A DNA stretch of 64,000 bases from the IMG/VR virus record IMGVR_UViG_3300024243_000016, positions 693-64,692 of that record. One strand, written 5' to 3'. The DNA comes from a virus. Taxonomy: Duplodnaviria > Caudoviricetes. A program made the position numbers and the translations under genes. Positions 50,440 to 60,924 of the stretch are shown in pieces. Every line of letters begins with the position of its first letter. Position 1 is the stretch's first letter. Under the pieces are notes generated by a model that was not told the origin of the DNA, made no database searches, and was given only the letters and a program-made list of their open reading frames with translations.

Positions 50440-51744
50440 TTAAATACATTCAATTGTATATTTTGGCGCACCCTTATTAAAAATAAACTTATCAATACAA
50501 TCATTAATAGACTTGTCCCAATCAGAAATCATACTATCAAAACCAAACCTATTTTTTGCATCTTCAAAACAAAGTTCACAAAGCTTATCATAATCTTCAT
50601 CAGACATGCTGTGTGCTTCGAAAATCATATCAGAAATACTATCCCAACTCAAAAAATTATCCTCGATATATGGAACCTGATGTGTTCCCGTCAATGTTTT
50701 AACATCTGGCTCTCTAAAGATACCATAAGAATTACCATCATCATCAACAATTTGATCTGCCATACCACCAGTTTTTTGTATAATTGATGGCACACCACAA
50801 AGTTTTGAAACTAAGATATTTAAACCAAAACCCTCTGCACTAGATATACAAATGTTCCAATCAAAACAATTATACAAAACATTAATTTGTTCATGTGGTA
50901 ACTTGTCCTTTGAAATATAAACATTATCCTTTACCCCTAACTTTTCTATAACTGAGAGAAGTAGTGGGCCTTCTGAATCAAAGGGATCACAATGCATAAC
51001 CAACAATGCGTTTTTATGACCTTCCTTTTCATATAACTTATCCAAAAACATTTTCCAGCCCTTCAGTAGATCGCTAGGCTGTTTCCTCCTTGCATTTCTA
51101 TTAACCCAGCCAACAATAAACCAATCTTTTTTATCACTACCAAAAATCTGTTCCTTATATTTAGCCACCTTATCCTTATCAATTCTTTTATACATATCAT
51201 CAGGAAATGCATGTGGAATATAGTTTGTTCTATCAGACAACCCCATGCTATTAATAGAGTTAAAAGAAACTTTATTAATACAATTCAACAAATCACAACT
51301 CATATATAATGGCTTATTAAAATCTGGCTCTGGATAATTGTCCCAAATGTTCCAATAAGCAATAGGACAAACACTTCTTATTTCATCTTCCATTTCAAAA
51401 ATATGAATAAAAAATCTTGGATCAGTAAATAAAACTACCATATCAGGCTTTTCTGATGCTAATATCGATCTAATCTGCATTTTTGTGCCAAAATTATTTA
51501 CAGGTAAAATAATAAAATCATCATTATATGGTGGAACTTTAACGGGAGTATAATCAGCATGTTTAATTGCACCACCCAGACAAATAGCTTTATACCTCTT
51601 AGTATTAAGCAACCCCCTAATAAGCAAATTTGCTTGAATACCTACACCAGATAAGCCCCTTGGATCATCAGTAATAAATAACAACTTCTTTTTACCTACG
51701 CCATCATAAACATTGTTAAAATTAAATGCAGCATTACTATCCAT
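50440..51744 (-). CDS. Glycosyltransferase, GT4/GT-B
   Basis: SGVG, VNRNARRK and EGFGLNILVS. Confidence 0.88.
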   Translation of the reverse strand: MDSNAAFNFNNVYDGVGKKKLLFITDDPRGLSGVGIQANLLIRGLLNTKRYKAICLGGAIKHADYTPVKVPPYNDDFIILPVNNFGTKMQIRSILASEKPDMVVLFTDPRFFIHIFEMEDEIRSVCPIAYWNIWDNYPEPDFNKPLYMSCDLLNCINKVSFNSINSMGLSDRTNYIPHAFPDDMYKRIDKDKVAKYKEQIFGSDKKDWFIVGWVNRNARRKQPSDLLKGWKMFLDKLYEKEGHKNALLVMHCDPFDSEGPLLLSVIEKLGVKDNVYISKDKLPHEQINVLYNCFDWNICISSAEGFGLNILVSKLCGVPSIIQKTGGMADQIVDDDGNSYGIFREPDVKTLTGTHQVPYIEDNFLSWDSISDMIFEAHSMSDEDYDKLCELCFEDAKNRFGFDSMISDWDKSINDCIDKFIFNKGAPKYTIECI

Positions 51745-51779
51745 TTAAAAAACCCTCCAAAAAATTTAAAATAAATTAA

Positions 51780-52655
51780 TTAAACATTATTACCCTTTTC
51801 TCTCCTTACCTTACCAATTCTCTCATTGGAGTTCCAGACTTCCATTAATAATTCTGGATTATACCCAACAGCCACAGCACTTTTTATAAATGCGCTCAAG
51901 TCCTTTGGTAAACATTTGCCATGCCAAGGTCTTTCATTACCTTTAAAGACAGCCGTATGCATTTTATTAATTCTTGGATCTAACAACCAAAGTTCCCTAG
52001 CCTCATTATAATCCACATCAAAATGTTCACACATCTCATTTACTTCATAACAAAAAGCTATCTTAGTGGCATAAAAAGTGTTCTCCATATACTTAGCCAC
52101 CTCAGCAGATTTTGCATCTGTCTGTTTATAAATTTTAGTGGGGCCAGTTATGGGCAAAAAATAATCAACCATCTCACTAGTAGAATCACTATCTCCACCA
52201 AAAATAAAAAATGGTGTCTCTTTTATATCTGTATGAAACTTATATTCTGACCAATAAGAAGATTCCCCACAATATTCTGGAGAAAAAACAATATTTTTAT
52301 TATATTTTTCAACCAAGTAATTAGTTGTACCAACAGAAACTGTACTTTTCAACAAAACCAATGGAGTATTAACCCAACTAACAACATCTTCGACAATAGA
52401 AATATCACATGTACCATCTTCATTCATAGGAGTAGGAACACAAATTACAGCCAAATCACACTCATTAATCTTATCTTTACTTGCTATAACATCAATAGTT
52501 AACCCATCAGATTTATTCTGTAAAAGATAATCATATCCCTTATCCTTCCTAGAAAATTCCACATCATAAACAAAAGTTTCATAATTATCTTTAAAAAAAT
52601 TATACATCGCTTTACCAACATAACCATAGCCAACAATTCCAACTTTTTTAGACAT
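51780..52655 (-). CDS. UDP-glucose/GDP-mannose dehydrogenase family protein, short form
   Basis: GYGYVG Rossmann motif, CVPTP, KSTV, SPE, AEVAKYMEN and GKCLPKD catalytic Cys. Confidence 0.88.
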   Translation of the reverse strand: MSKKVGIVGYGYVGKAMYNFFKDNYETFVYDVEFSRKDKGYDYLLQNKSDGLTIDVIASKDKINECDLAVICVPTPMNEDGTCDISIVEDVVSWVNTPLVLLKSTVSVGTTNYLVEKYNKNIVFSPEYCGESSYWSEYKFHTDIKETPFFIFGGDSDSTSEMVDYFLPITGPTKIYKQTDAKSAEVAKYMENTFYATKIAFCYEVNEMCEHFDVDYNEARELWLLDPRINKMHTAVFKGNERPWHGKCLPKDLSAFIKSAVAVGYNPELLMEVWNSNERIGKVRREKGNNV

Positions 52656-52664
52656 TATTTATTA

Positions 52665-53369
52665 TTACCCCCCAACTAAATCATTAATAAACACAAACTC
52701 AACATCATCAGACTTATTAATGAAATTAATTAAATTATCAACAAAAACATCAGAAAAATAATTCTTATCCCACTCACAAGCATGATACATTATTTCAAGA
52801 CTGTCCTTTTTAAACAAACCAACAAATGGTGGAAAACAATCAACATAATTAATCATGTGTTTATATTTATCCATCTCATCAAAACCACAATAAACTTTTT
52901 TATACATATCTCCACTATTTAAAGAAACTAAATCAATACCAAAGTCATAACACGCTTTAAACGATTCTGGAGAGAGTCTAAATGCTGGTGGCCTAAATAT
53001 GTTTCTTACATCTATATTACACGACTTAAAATCTTTTTTACACATAGTTAATTTACTTAAAGCTTGTTCATAATTTAAACTTTCAAACTCATCATTATTA
53101 CTTTCTCCAAAAATACCATGATTCAAACCATGATAACCTACTTCAAAATTATTCTTTGGCAAACTGTTAATTTTATCAATAAAATATTGATGATCAAATA
53201 TATTATATTCTTCATTATTATGATCCATACTTCTACAATACCTTGTAGGAATAAATAAAGTAAACTTAATATCTGGAAACGCCTCTATCAACTTAAAGCA
53301 CTTATCTAAACACTTTATAGAGGAACTTGGGTGTGGGCTTATATCATCTATACTTACATTAATCTTCAT
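52665..53369 (-). CDS. Polysaccharide deacetylase (NodB/CE4-like)
   Basis: SIDD, HGLNH, FRPP and MYH motifs. Confidence 0.8.
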   Translation of the reverse strand: MKINVSIDDISPHPSSSIKCLDKCFKLIEAFPDIKFTLFIPTRYCRSMDHNNEEYNIFDHQYFIDKINSLPKNNFEVGYHGLNHGIFGESNNDEFESLNYEQALSKLTMCKKDFKSCNIDVRNIFRPPAFRLSPESFKACYDFGIDLVSLNSGDMYKKVYCGFDEMDKYKHMINYVDCFPPFVGLFKKDSLEIMYHACEWDKNYFSDVFVDNLINFINKSDDVEFVFINDLVGG

Positions 53370-54321
53370 TGAAACTAGAAATTACCTCTAAATAATTATC
53401 AACTACATTATCAACATTATTATTATATAACAAAACTTTATTTTTATAAAACAAAAAATTATTAATAACATCTTTTAATTTATTTAAAAAATCATAAAAA
53501 TTATCATACTCTATTCCACCATAATTACTACAATAATCTTTTATACTTCCGCCGCCTGTCTTATACATAACTGGAAGTCCGCAAGCTTGCGCTTCTAAAA
53601 CATGATTAGCCCCTGCTTCTTCTTCAGATGCCGTTACATACAAATCATATTTAGGTAAGCATATAGATAATTGACCACTATCTAATGGGCTAATATAATT
53701 ATTAAAAATAATATTTTCTGGCTTCCTGCCAATATATGTGAAGTCAACATTTATACCGAAAAAATCATGACACTCATTACTATTAAAGAAATTATTAATT
53801 TGCTTATAAAAAGAAAACCCCTTCCTAACATTATCAGACCAATGATGTGTAACCAATTTTATAATATCATCAGAGGCAAAACAATCCTTAACATTTCTAT
53901 TATCAAAATATAAATTATCAGCACCATTATCAATAACAATTGAATTTTTAGAATCAACGCTAAACACATTGTAATTAAAATAATTTTTTGCCCAATTGCT
54001 AGGAAAAATAAAACAATCAGTGTCAACACACCCCTTCAACATATTAATAATCTCAGGCTTACCATGTGTACCAAGATCACCAACTCGTTGAAATATTTTT
54101 ACACTTTTTTTTGTGCGCTTATAAGATGCTAAATGGCCATAGTGAATTCCAAATTCGCTCTGTCTAGGGTCCAAACAAAATATGGTAGTACATGTATCAG
54201 TCATACTAAAAATCGGTTGTAAGCCAAATTTATAGCATTTTTTTACAAATGCATTTAAAAATATATTACCACCACCCCATGGACCATTTTTTGGCACCCT
54301 ATTGATGTAAATCTCTCTCAA
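53359..54321 (-). CDS. Glycosyltransferase, GT4/GT-B
   Basis: PWGGG, RKG and EAGANHVLEAQACGLPV. Confidence 0.85.
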   Translation of the reverse strand: MREIYINRVPKNGPWGGGNIFLNAFVKKCYKFGLQPIFSMTDTCTTIFCLDPRQSEFGIHYGHLASYKRTKKSVKIFQRVGDLGTHGKPEIINMLKGCVDTDCFIFPSNWAKNYFNYNVFSVDSKNSIVIDNGADNLYFDNRNVKDCFASDDIIKLVTHHWSDNVRKGFSFYKQINNFFNSNECHDFFGINVDFTYIGRKPENIIFNNYISPLDSGQLSICLPKYDLYVTASEEEAGANHVLEAQACGLPVMYKTGGGSIKDYCSNYGGIEYDNFYDFLNKLKDVINNFLFYKNKVLLYNNNVDNVVDNYLEVISSFNED

Positions 54322-54378
54322 AACTTAAAAACCATTTTCAACAAAATTAAAATTAGACATTAACCCACTCCCTATAAC

Positions 54379-55086
54379 TTAAGGCTTATTATGAACAAGA
54401 ACTTGCCCATAATTTATTTCATCATCAGATAATTTTCTATCATCAATAAAAATTCTTCTATCACCTATAATATAATCCATTTTATATTCATCACAATTAT
54501 CAATATTGTCTACGACATCCCTAACACCAAAGCCATCTTTATGCCCTTCAATATAGTCATCAAACAAAACAAATTTATTAAAATGACTTTTAGACCACTC
54601 CCAATCCTTATTTACAGATAAATAATCATGTGCTGCATCTATATAAACCAAATCAAAACTTTCCTCTATGTTACTTAAAACATTGTTAGTCAACCCCCTA
54701 ATAAACTCAGTATTCTTATACCATTCAGCCGAAAAATTCTTAAGCAATGCATTTAAATAATCTTCTGAAATATCTGCATCAATAGTTACAATCTTGCCAT
54801 CGATACCTTCATCACAAAAAGCCTTCCCAGCACATAAAGTAGTATATCCTCTACCTGTACCTAACTCTATAAAACTCTTTAACTTAAACTTTCTTATTAA
54901 ATAATAAACTAAAATACCTCTTTCATAATTTGGCCTAAAAAACTTTCCAAGTTTATAATGCTCTGAGTTTGGCCCCCTTGGTTTTCTAGCAGCTAGCTCA
55001 CCAATTGCATCGAAGTCACCCAAAACAATACTATCTACACTTACCCCAAGCTCACCTAACAACTCTCTTATATTAATCTTTCTCAT
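54379..55086 (-). CDS. Class I SAM-dependent methyltransferase
   Basis: IELGTGRG motif I, FDLVYIDAAH and LFDD. Confidence 0.85.
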   Translation of the reverse strand: MRKINIRELLGELGVSVDSIVLGDFDAIGELAARKPRGPNSEHYKLGKFFRPNYERGILVYYLIRKFKLKSFIELGTGRGYTTLCAGKAFCDEGIDGKIVTIDADISEDYLNALLKNFSAEWYKNTEFIRGLTNNVLSNIEESFDLVYIDAAHDYLSVNKDWEWSKSHFNKFVLFDDYIEGHKDGFGVRDVVDNIDNCDEYKMDYIIGDRRIFIDDRKLSDDEINYGQVLVHNKP

Positions 55087-55103
55087 ATCTACTCCTTAAT
55101 ACA

Positions 55104-56072
55104 TTAAAAGTTAAACAAAAAATCAAACTTACTCAAATATTTTCCAACAAAATACTCTTTTGATTTAAAAAAATTATCAACTTTATCATAAGAGTTGATA
55201 TTATTTAAAAACATATTACAAAAACTATCAACAACATTATTGTCAATACTACATATATACTTTTTAGGTAAAAAACTGTTCGTAACACCAACATCTGTTG
55301 ATAACACATTAGTCTTTGTAGCCACACATTCTGGAATAGCTTGTGGGCCACCTTCATACCTGCTAGTAACAAAGTACCAATCTAAACAATTATAAAGCTC
55401 ATTAATAACATTAATGCTAGGTCTTTCTATATATGTATAATTAATATTATATAGCTTTAGCTTATCAATAACATAATTCCTTCTCCAGCCAGATAACAAC
55501 ACATGTATATTGCTAATCTCATATTCATACTTAATTTTATTCAACACGTCAACAAAAATATCTGGCCCTTTCTCCATTTTAGGGCTTCTTAAATCAATAC
55601 CCTCAGTGTCTCTCTGGAAACTACCTATAACAATATCACCACCATTAACATCAATACCATGCTTGTTTAATAAACTATTTTTACATTTCATTGGGAAGAA
55701 TATATTGTTATTTATCCACCATGGTAAGCTTATTACTTTTTTATTTGTTAGCCCCTGTATTTGTTGGGCAGTTCTATCTGATGGAACATGATATACATCT
55801 GTAATAAAATCCCTAGACACAAAATCACTTTTTTTACTATAACCAAACTTTTCTGGAACAATATGATGCACCGTTGTAATTACTTTCTTACCTTTCAATA
55901 TATTAAATGGTATTTGATTCCAACACCAGCTAGCTAATAACCAAATAACGTCTGCTTCTACAGGATTGCTAACAATATTATAAACACCTTTGTCACAAAA
56001 CCTTTTAAATTCATCACAAAGCCGATCACAAACCCAATCTTCTCTAGCTGGCAATATAAAGACTTTAATCAT
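55104..56072 (-). CDS. Glycosyltransferase, GT4/GT-B
   Basis: EKGPD and SRYEGGPQAIPEC...STDVG. Confidence 0.85.
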   Translation of the reverse strand: MIKVFILPAREDWVCDRLCDEFKRFCDKGVYNIVSNPVEADVIWLLASWCWNQIPFNILKGKKVITTVHHIVPEKFGYSKKSDFVSRDFITDVYHVPSDRTAQQIQGLTNKKVISLPWWINNNIFFPMKCKNSLLNKHGIDVNGGDIVIGSFQRDTEGIDLRSPKMEKGPDIFVDVLNKIKYEYEISNIHVLLSGWRRNYVIDKLKLYNINYTYIERPSINVINELYNCLDWYFVTSRYEGGPQAIPECVATKTNVLSTDVGVTNSFLPKKYICSIDNNVVDSFCNMFLNNINSYDKVDNFFKSKEYFVGKYLSKFDFLFNF

Positions 56073-56078
56073 TGTTCA

Positions 56079-57044
56079 CTATTCTCCATCATCAATTGTT
56101 TTTTTAAAAAAATTAACATACTTGTTTGCAACACTACTTATATTAAGCTTATTGTAAGCCATATTATTATCAAACCTACTCTTACAATCAACATTCAAAA
56201 ATTTTTCAACCATACTATCAATATTTAAAGTTGGTGGATTATACAAATTATGTGGTTTAAAGTCCCAAACAAAATCATTATAAACAACACCAAAATCATT
56301 AACTAATTCTTTTGTGCCGCCAGAATTCGTACAAATAACTGGGCAACAATTTGCTATGGCCTCGACAACAACATTTGGACAATGATCTAACCACGCTAAG
56401 TGAACCATAAAATCAGAACCTCTATAGACATTAGTAATAAAGTCTTTATTTTGCTTGCCACACATTACAATGTCATCACGACCACTATATTGATTAATAT
56501 CAAAACCACAGTTGCTAACATCACCAATAACAATTAATTTTGAGCAACCATCTGAAGCTTTTATGTAAAACTCAATAATATCACCCAACCTCTTATGAGG
56601 CCTCCAATCTGAACAACAACAAAATGTTTTACCACTACTCCTTATGTTCTTCTCACCAACAACATCAAAAACATCACCGTTATTAATAACACAACAATTG
56701 TTTTTTACACCAAAATATTCAAATGTTAATTTTTTATTAAACTCAGATTGAAAAATAACCCCATCAGACCTGCCATATGTATCAACGATTGGCTTGTTCA
56801 TATTTTTCCAATCTTGAATAGAGTTAAACCAAATGCCATCAAGCCTCAATACTAATTTAGCTTCACTACAAATATTATTTTTAGCATACCCATAATCACT
56901 TATAAAAGACAATAAAATATCATACTTATCTCTAACACCAACAACTTTAACACCTAATTTATTAAATTCGCTTGCCAACTTATTAGCAAATGAATTAGGG
57001 CCAGAACTACTATTAAAATCTACATTAAAAAAACAAACTTTCAA
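56079..57044 (-). CDS. Glycosyltransferase, GT4/GT-B
   Basis: SGP, RPHKR and DHCPNVVVEA...PVICTNSGG. Confidence 0.85.
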   Translation of the reverse strand: MKVCFFNVDFNSSSGPNSFANKLASEFNKLGVKVVGVRDKYDILLSFISDYGYAKNNICSEAKLVLRLDGIWFNSIQDWKNMNKPIVDTYGRSDGVIFQSEFNKKLTFEYFGVKNNCCVINNGDVFDVVGEKNIRSSGKTFCCCSDWRPHKRLGDIIEFYIKASDGCSKLIVIGDVSNCGFDINQYSGRDDIVMCGKQNKDFITNVYRGSDFMVHLAWLDHCPNVVVEAIANCCPVICTNSGGTKELVNDFGVVYNDFVWDFKPHNLYNPPTLNIDSMVEKFLNVDCKSRFDNNMAYNKLNISSVANKYVNFFKKTIDDGE

Positions 57045-57053
57045 TTTAGGCCT

Positions 57054-57785
57054 CTACTTTACCAAAAATAAAAATATATACAATTGTGGGCTTTCTGGCC
57101 AAAGCATTAAAAAATCCAAAAAACAAAAAGCAAACTTATTTTTTATATAACTATAATCTAAACAATTTGTCTCATTTAAGACAACATCATTAATACTCTT
57201 GTTAAAATAATAATCATTTACATCTTTAACACATTCAAAAAAATCATTAACAACTCTATTTTCACAAAAATGATTATTCCAAACAACTGACCACAAATGT
57301 TGTTTTTTATTATTATAAACAGAGTGTTCATGAGCGTGTGTATATAAATCACGATCCCTGTTTAAAAACCAACCAACCTTATAATTATCAAATCTCCAAT
57401 GATCGCCAAGCCCAAAATCAACAATAAAAACACCACCATTATTTAGCCTATCATAACAGGAATCAACAAAGTATTTTAAATCATTACTAAAGTATGCCAC
57501 CCTAGAGCAAACAATTAAATCATATTTTTTTTCACCAAAATAAAATAAATTTTTACTAGACTTATCATTTATATCAAAATTATATAACTGTATATCAAAA
57601 TAGTCAAACTTACAATTACTATTACATATTTTTTTTATAACATTAAATAAATAATTGTTGTCATTAACAAAACCAACAAAAGCAACATTTTTAAAATCTT
57701 TTATATTTTTTATGCCTAACTCAAAAATTTTACTTTCATAATATTTTCTTAAAACAGTATCACTTTTTCCCATATTAAACACCAA
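57054..57785 (-). CDS. Divergent SAM-dependent methyltransferase-like protein
   Basis: YDLIVC...DRLNNGGVFI motif. Motif I is degenerate. Confidence 0.55.
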   Translation of the reverse strand: MVFNMGKSDTVLRKYYESKIFELGIKNIKDFKNVAFVGFVNDNNYLFNVIKKICNSNCKFDYFDIQLYNFDINDKSSKNLFYFGEKKYDLIVCSRVAYFSNDLKYFVDSCYDRLNNGGVFIVDFGLGDHWRFDNYKVGWFLNRDRDLYTHAHEHSVYNNKKQHLWSVVWNNHFCENRVVNDFFECVKDVNDYYFNKSINDVVLNETNCLDYSYIKNKFAFCFLDFLMLWPESPQLYIFLFLVK

Positions 57786-57790
57786 AAAAA

Positions 57791-58603
57791 TTAATTATAG
57801 TCTTTTAAATCAGCACCATTAAAACCACTTTGCGCCCTGATATCATCATAACAAAAATGATTGCTTAAAGGCAATATCCAACTAGAGTCACAATTAAAAA
57901 CAATTTCATTGCCATCGTTATAAAATAAAGTAAATACATCTAACTTTTTATAATCAGAACATTGACAAACTAAATCTTCAATCATATTCTTTTTAATATT
58001 TTTTGAAACATAATCATAAATTAAAGCCGCCTGATTTTTTAAAAAAAACGTTCCAGGCAACGTATAAAAATTTCTTTTATTTTTAAAAGCAATAACATTG
58101 TTAGTCTTATAAAAAATGTCATTTAATAAAAATGGATTCTCATAACTAAACTCCTCCTTCTTTTCTTTTTTTGCACAAGCTAAATGTAATACTGACATAT
58201 CATTATATAAATGATAAAAATCATTAAAAACAATTTTATTTATTATCCTATGATCATCATCAAAAAATACACAATATTTTGACTTACTATTTAAAAACCT
58301 TTTAAGCAATAACAAACAAGATTTATTAACACCCAGCCTTTCATTACAACAAAACATATCAACATTAGAGTTTTCTGAGCTTAGCTCCTTCTTATAAATA
58401 TTGACAATATCAAAAACATTGCCAGTCCCATTACTTCTTTTATAATTATCTACATTAATAAACACATCAAAAATAAAATCTTTATTACAATTAATAATAT
58501 TTTTAAAAATTGTTTTTGCTGTTATTGAAATTAAATCTGCATCAATTATAGCTGGTATGCACAGACAAACCCTCTTGCTATTTTTATCACCAACACTGAT
58601 CAC
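57791..58603 (-). CDS. GT-A/GT2-like glycosyltransferase
   Basis: VCLCIP, NVD, RLG, FFDDD (DxD) and IED. Confidence 0.55.
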   Translation of the reverse strand: MISVGDKNSKRVCLCIPAIIDADLISITAKTIFKNIINCNKDFIFDVFINVDNYKRSNGTGNVFDIVNIYKKELSSENSNVDMFCCNERLGVNKSCLLLLKRFLNSKSKYCVFFDDDHRIINKIVFNDFYHLYNDMSVLHLACAKKEKKEEFSYENPFLLNDIFYKTNNVIAFKNKRNFYTLPGTFFLKNQAALIYDYVSKNIKKNMIEDLVCQCSDYKKLDVFTLFYNDGNEIVFNCDSSWILPLSNHFCYDDIRAQSGFNGADLKDYN

Positions 58604-58706
58604 TTAACACCTCCATGTTAATATTAGAACAATTTGTTTTTTCATATAAAAATCGCATTATCACTTTTTATTTCTAAAACTAAACAACAATAACAATTAA
58701 ACTTTA

Positions 58707-59840
58707 TTAGTTTAAAAGCTTCTTTATTATATCACAAAGTAAATCAACTGACTTTAACTTAGGATCATATAAAAACTTAGATTTATGTTCCATATATTCC
58801 ATATCCTTACCATAATCAAAAGATATATTATTAATAAAATCTTCTAATTCAGATAATTTACAACTATCACCAACCCAAGAAAAATTATTACCCCAAAAAC
58901 TATTTCCAAGCCCACCAAACAACAAATTATTTTCTAAGTCATCAACATCTATATATATAAATGGCTTATTAAATAAACCAAACTCAATGCCAGAACTAGT
59001 TTGATACCCAATACCACTTGAACAATACTTATAACACCAGTATGTATCAAAAGGCTCTAACACTGCCACATCATCTCTATCACAAAAAACCTCATAAGAC
59101 CATTTACCACCAAGGCGATCTGCCTTATGCCGTTTATATTCCATAGGATGTAATTTAACAATAATATTATCTAAATTACAAACTTTATTATAAGCTTCTT
59201 GAGCCTTACTATGTTGACACTGTACTCCATCAGGCATCCATATAAAAAAAGGCTTGTTTTTATTTAAATTATATTTACAACAAAATTCGTCATAACTTAA
59301 ATTATATGGTAAACAATCTGACACATGATCCCATACTAAACAATTAGAATGTATAACATTTTTAACATTAATGTCCTTATCTTTAAACACTTCATTTTGT
59401 AACTCACATATTAACAAACATATGTCAGCCCCATGATAATAAAAATCAACAAATTGTTCACTTATTTGTATGGTTTTTGCCCCCTTAGCTTTAGCAATTT
59501 TAAGATCAACATTACCCTGAGACTTATCGGAACCAAATATACAAACTTTATAATCAATATATTTAAAAACATTTAAAGTTAAATTATAATCGCTAAAAAT
59601 AACATTACATAAATCACAACTGTCAAACTCTTTAAGTAGAGATGAGTTAATACCAAAATTAGTAGAAGTATTTAAAATCAACAATGAATTACAAAATTTA
59701 TTAAACATTTTATTTAAATTTAAATATTTATTAACATGATAAACATTTGGATTATAAATATGAATTAAAACATCAAAATTAACATTATTATCTTTAAGGT
59801 ACTGCAAATTATCATAATCCATAACAATGCCATTTAACAT
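58707..59840 (-). CDS. GT-B-like capsule-biosynthesis / glycerophosphotransferase / sialyltransferase-like protein
   Basis: VKLHP and SSGIEFGLFNKPFI motifs. Confidence 0.55.
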   Translation of the reverse strand: MLNGIVMDYDNLQYLKDNNVNFDVLIHIYNPNVYHVNKYLNLNKMFNKFCNSLLILNTSTNFGINSSLLKEFDSCDLCNVIFSDYNLTLNVFKYIDYKVCIFGSDKSQGNVDLKIAKAKGAKTIQISEQFVDFYYHGADICLLICELQNEVFKDKDINVKNVIHSNCLVWDHVSDCLPYNLSYDEFCCKYNLNKNKPFFIWMPDGVQCQHSKAQEAYNKVCNLDNIIVKLHPMEYKRHKADRLGGKWSYEVFCDRDDVAVLEPFDTYWCYKYCSSGIGYQTSSGIEFGLFNKPFIYIDVDDLENNLLFGGLGNSFWGNNFSWVGDSCKLSELEDFINNISFDYGKDMEYMEHKSKFLYDPKLKSVDLLCDIIKKLLN

Positions 59841-59860
59841 AATTAAAAACTCCTTAACTA

Positions 59861-60226
59861 TTAATTAATTGGAACTCCACACACAGTTGCTCCATCGGGA
59901 ACATTTTTATTTACAAAAGAATGAGCACCAATAATACAATTTTCACCAATTTTTATTCCTGGCATAATTGTTGAATGTGCCCCTATTTTACTATTTTTTC
60001 CAATAAAAACCAGACCAACCTTGTTATCAATAGTTGAAATACTATATATAGAACAATGAGAACCAATCTTAACATTATCACATATTTTGACACCATTTTT
60101 ACAATTAATATATGTAAATGCACCTATATCTACATTGTTGCCTAAAATAAAACTTTCTGGATATTGAACCACCCAGTTCCATTCAGTTAACTTATTATGT
60201 TCAATCTTTGGTTTTTCCCAATCCAT
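59861..60226 (-). CDS. Hexapeptide-repeat acetyltransferase
   Basis: LGNNVD/IGAFTY/ICDNVK/IGSHCS/IGKNSK/IGENCI repeats and VCGVP. Confidence 0.88.
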   Translation of the reverse strand: MDWEKPKIEHNKLTEWNWVVQYPESFILGNNVDIGAFTYINCKNGVKICDNVKIGSHCSIYSISTIDNKVGLVFIGKNSKIGAHSTIMPGIKIGENCIIGAHSFVNKNVPDGATVCGVPIN

Positions 60227-60560
60227 TTTTCCCTATAAAACAATCAAAAACTTTTGCAAACTGTTCAAACATTTCAAATTTAACATGATAACCATCATCA
60301 CTTTTATCATCACACATAAAATCATTGTAACACATAATATCATGATTAATAAAATTATAATTTATTAATTCCTTTTCAAAGTCAAAAAAATAAATATTAC
60401 TATTATCATTACAAAAGATCTCCAAAGCATCATTATATTTATTTATACAATCACTAGCTAAAAAATGCCTATTTTGTTCATGCCAACTATGAGGTTTTAA
60501 TATTGACATAATAATAAAATTATTAACAAAACAATTGTTGTTAGATATGAAATTTTTCAA
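60201..60560 (-). pseudogene. Truncated duplicate of the C-terminal half of the adjacent SGNH-like gene
   Basis: Shares SILKPHSWHEQNRHFLASDCINKYND and DDGYH. Lacks the N-terminal SDS motif. No clear SD, and an in-frame TAA lies just upstream within still-homologous sequence. Confidence 0.6.
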
Positions 60561-60924
60561 ATTATTAATATATTATTACATAAAATAAAACCCCAATAGT
60601 AAATAGTTTAAAAAACACCTTTATCATACTTTATCATATAACATTATTTTTTACAAAAAAATCAAAAATTCTAGCAAACGTTTCAAACATTTCATACTTA
60701 ATGTGATACCCATCATCATCTATATCATCACACATAAAATCATCACAAGAAAAATTAACACCATATTCAAGATTATACTTCCCTAGTTGCTCTTCAAAGT
60801 TAAAAAAATAAACATTTTTATTATTATCACAAAAACTTTCTAAAGTATCATTATACTTGTTTATACAATCACTAGCTAAAAAATGCCTATTTTGTTCATG
60901 CCAACTATGAGGTTTTAATATTGA
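60442..60924. repeat. 65-bp exact direct repeat (60442-60506 and 60860-60924) inside a longer diverged duplication
   Basis: tttatacaatcactagctaaaaaatgcctattttgttcatgccaactatgaggttttaatattga occurs twice, 418 nt apart. Confidence 0.92.

Noticed and set aside
60565-60627. 20-aa hydrophobic mini-ORF MIKVFFKLFTIGVLFYVIIY on the minus strand
   Set aside because: No SD. It overlaps the decayed junction of the duplication, and such peptides arise by chance in T-rich DNA.
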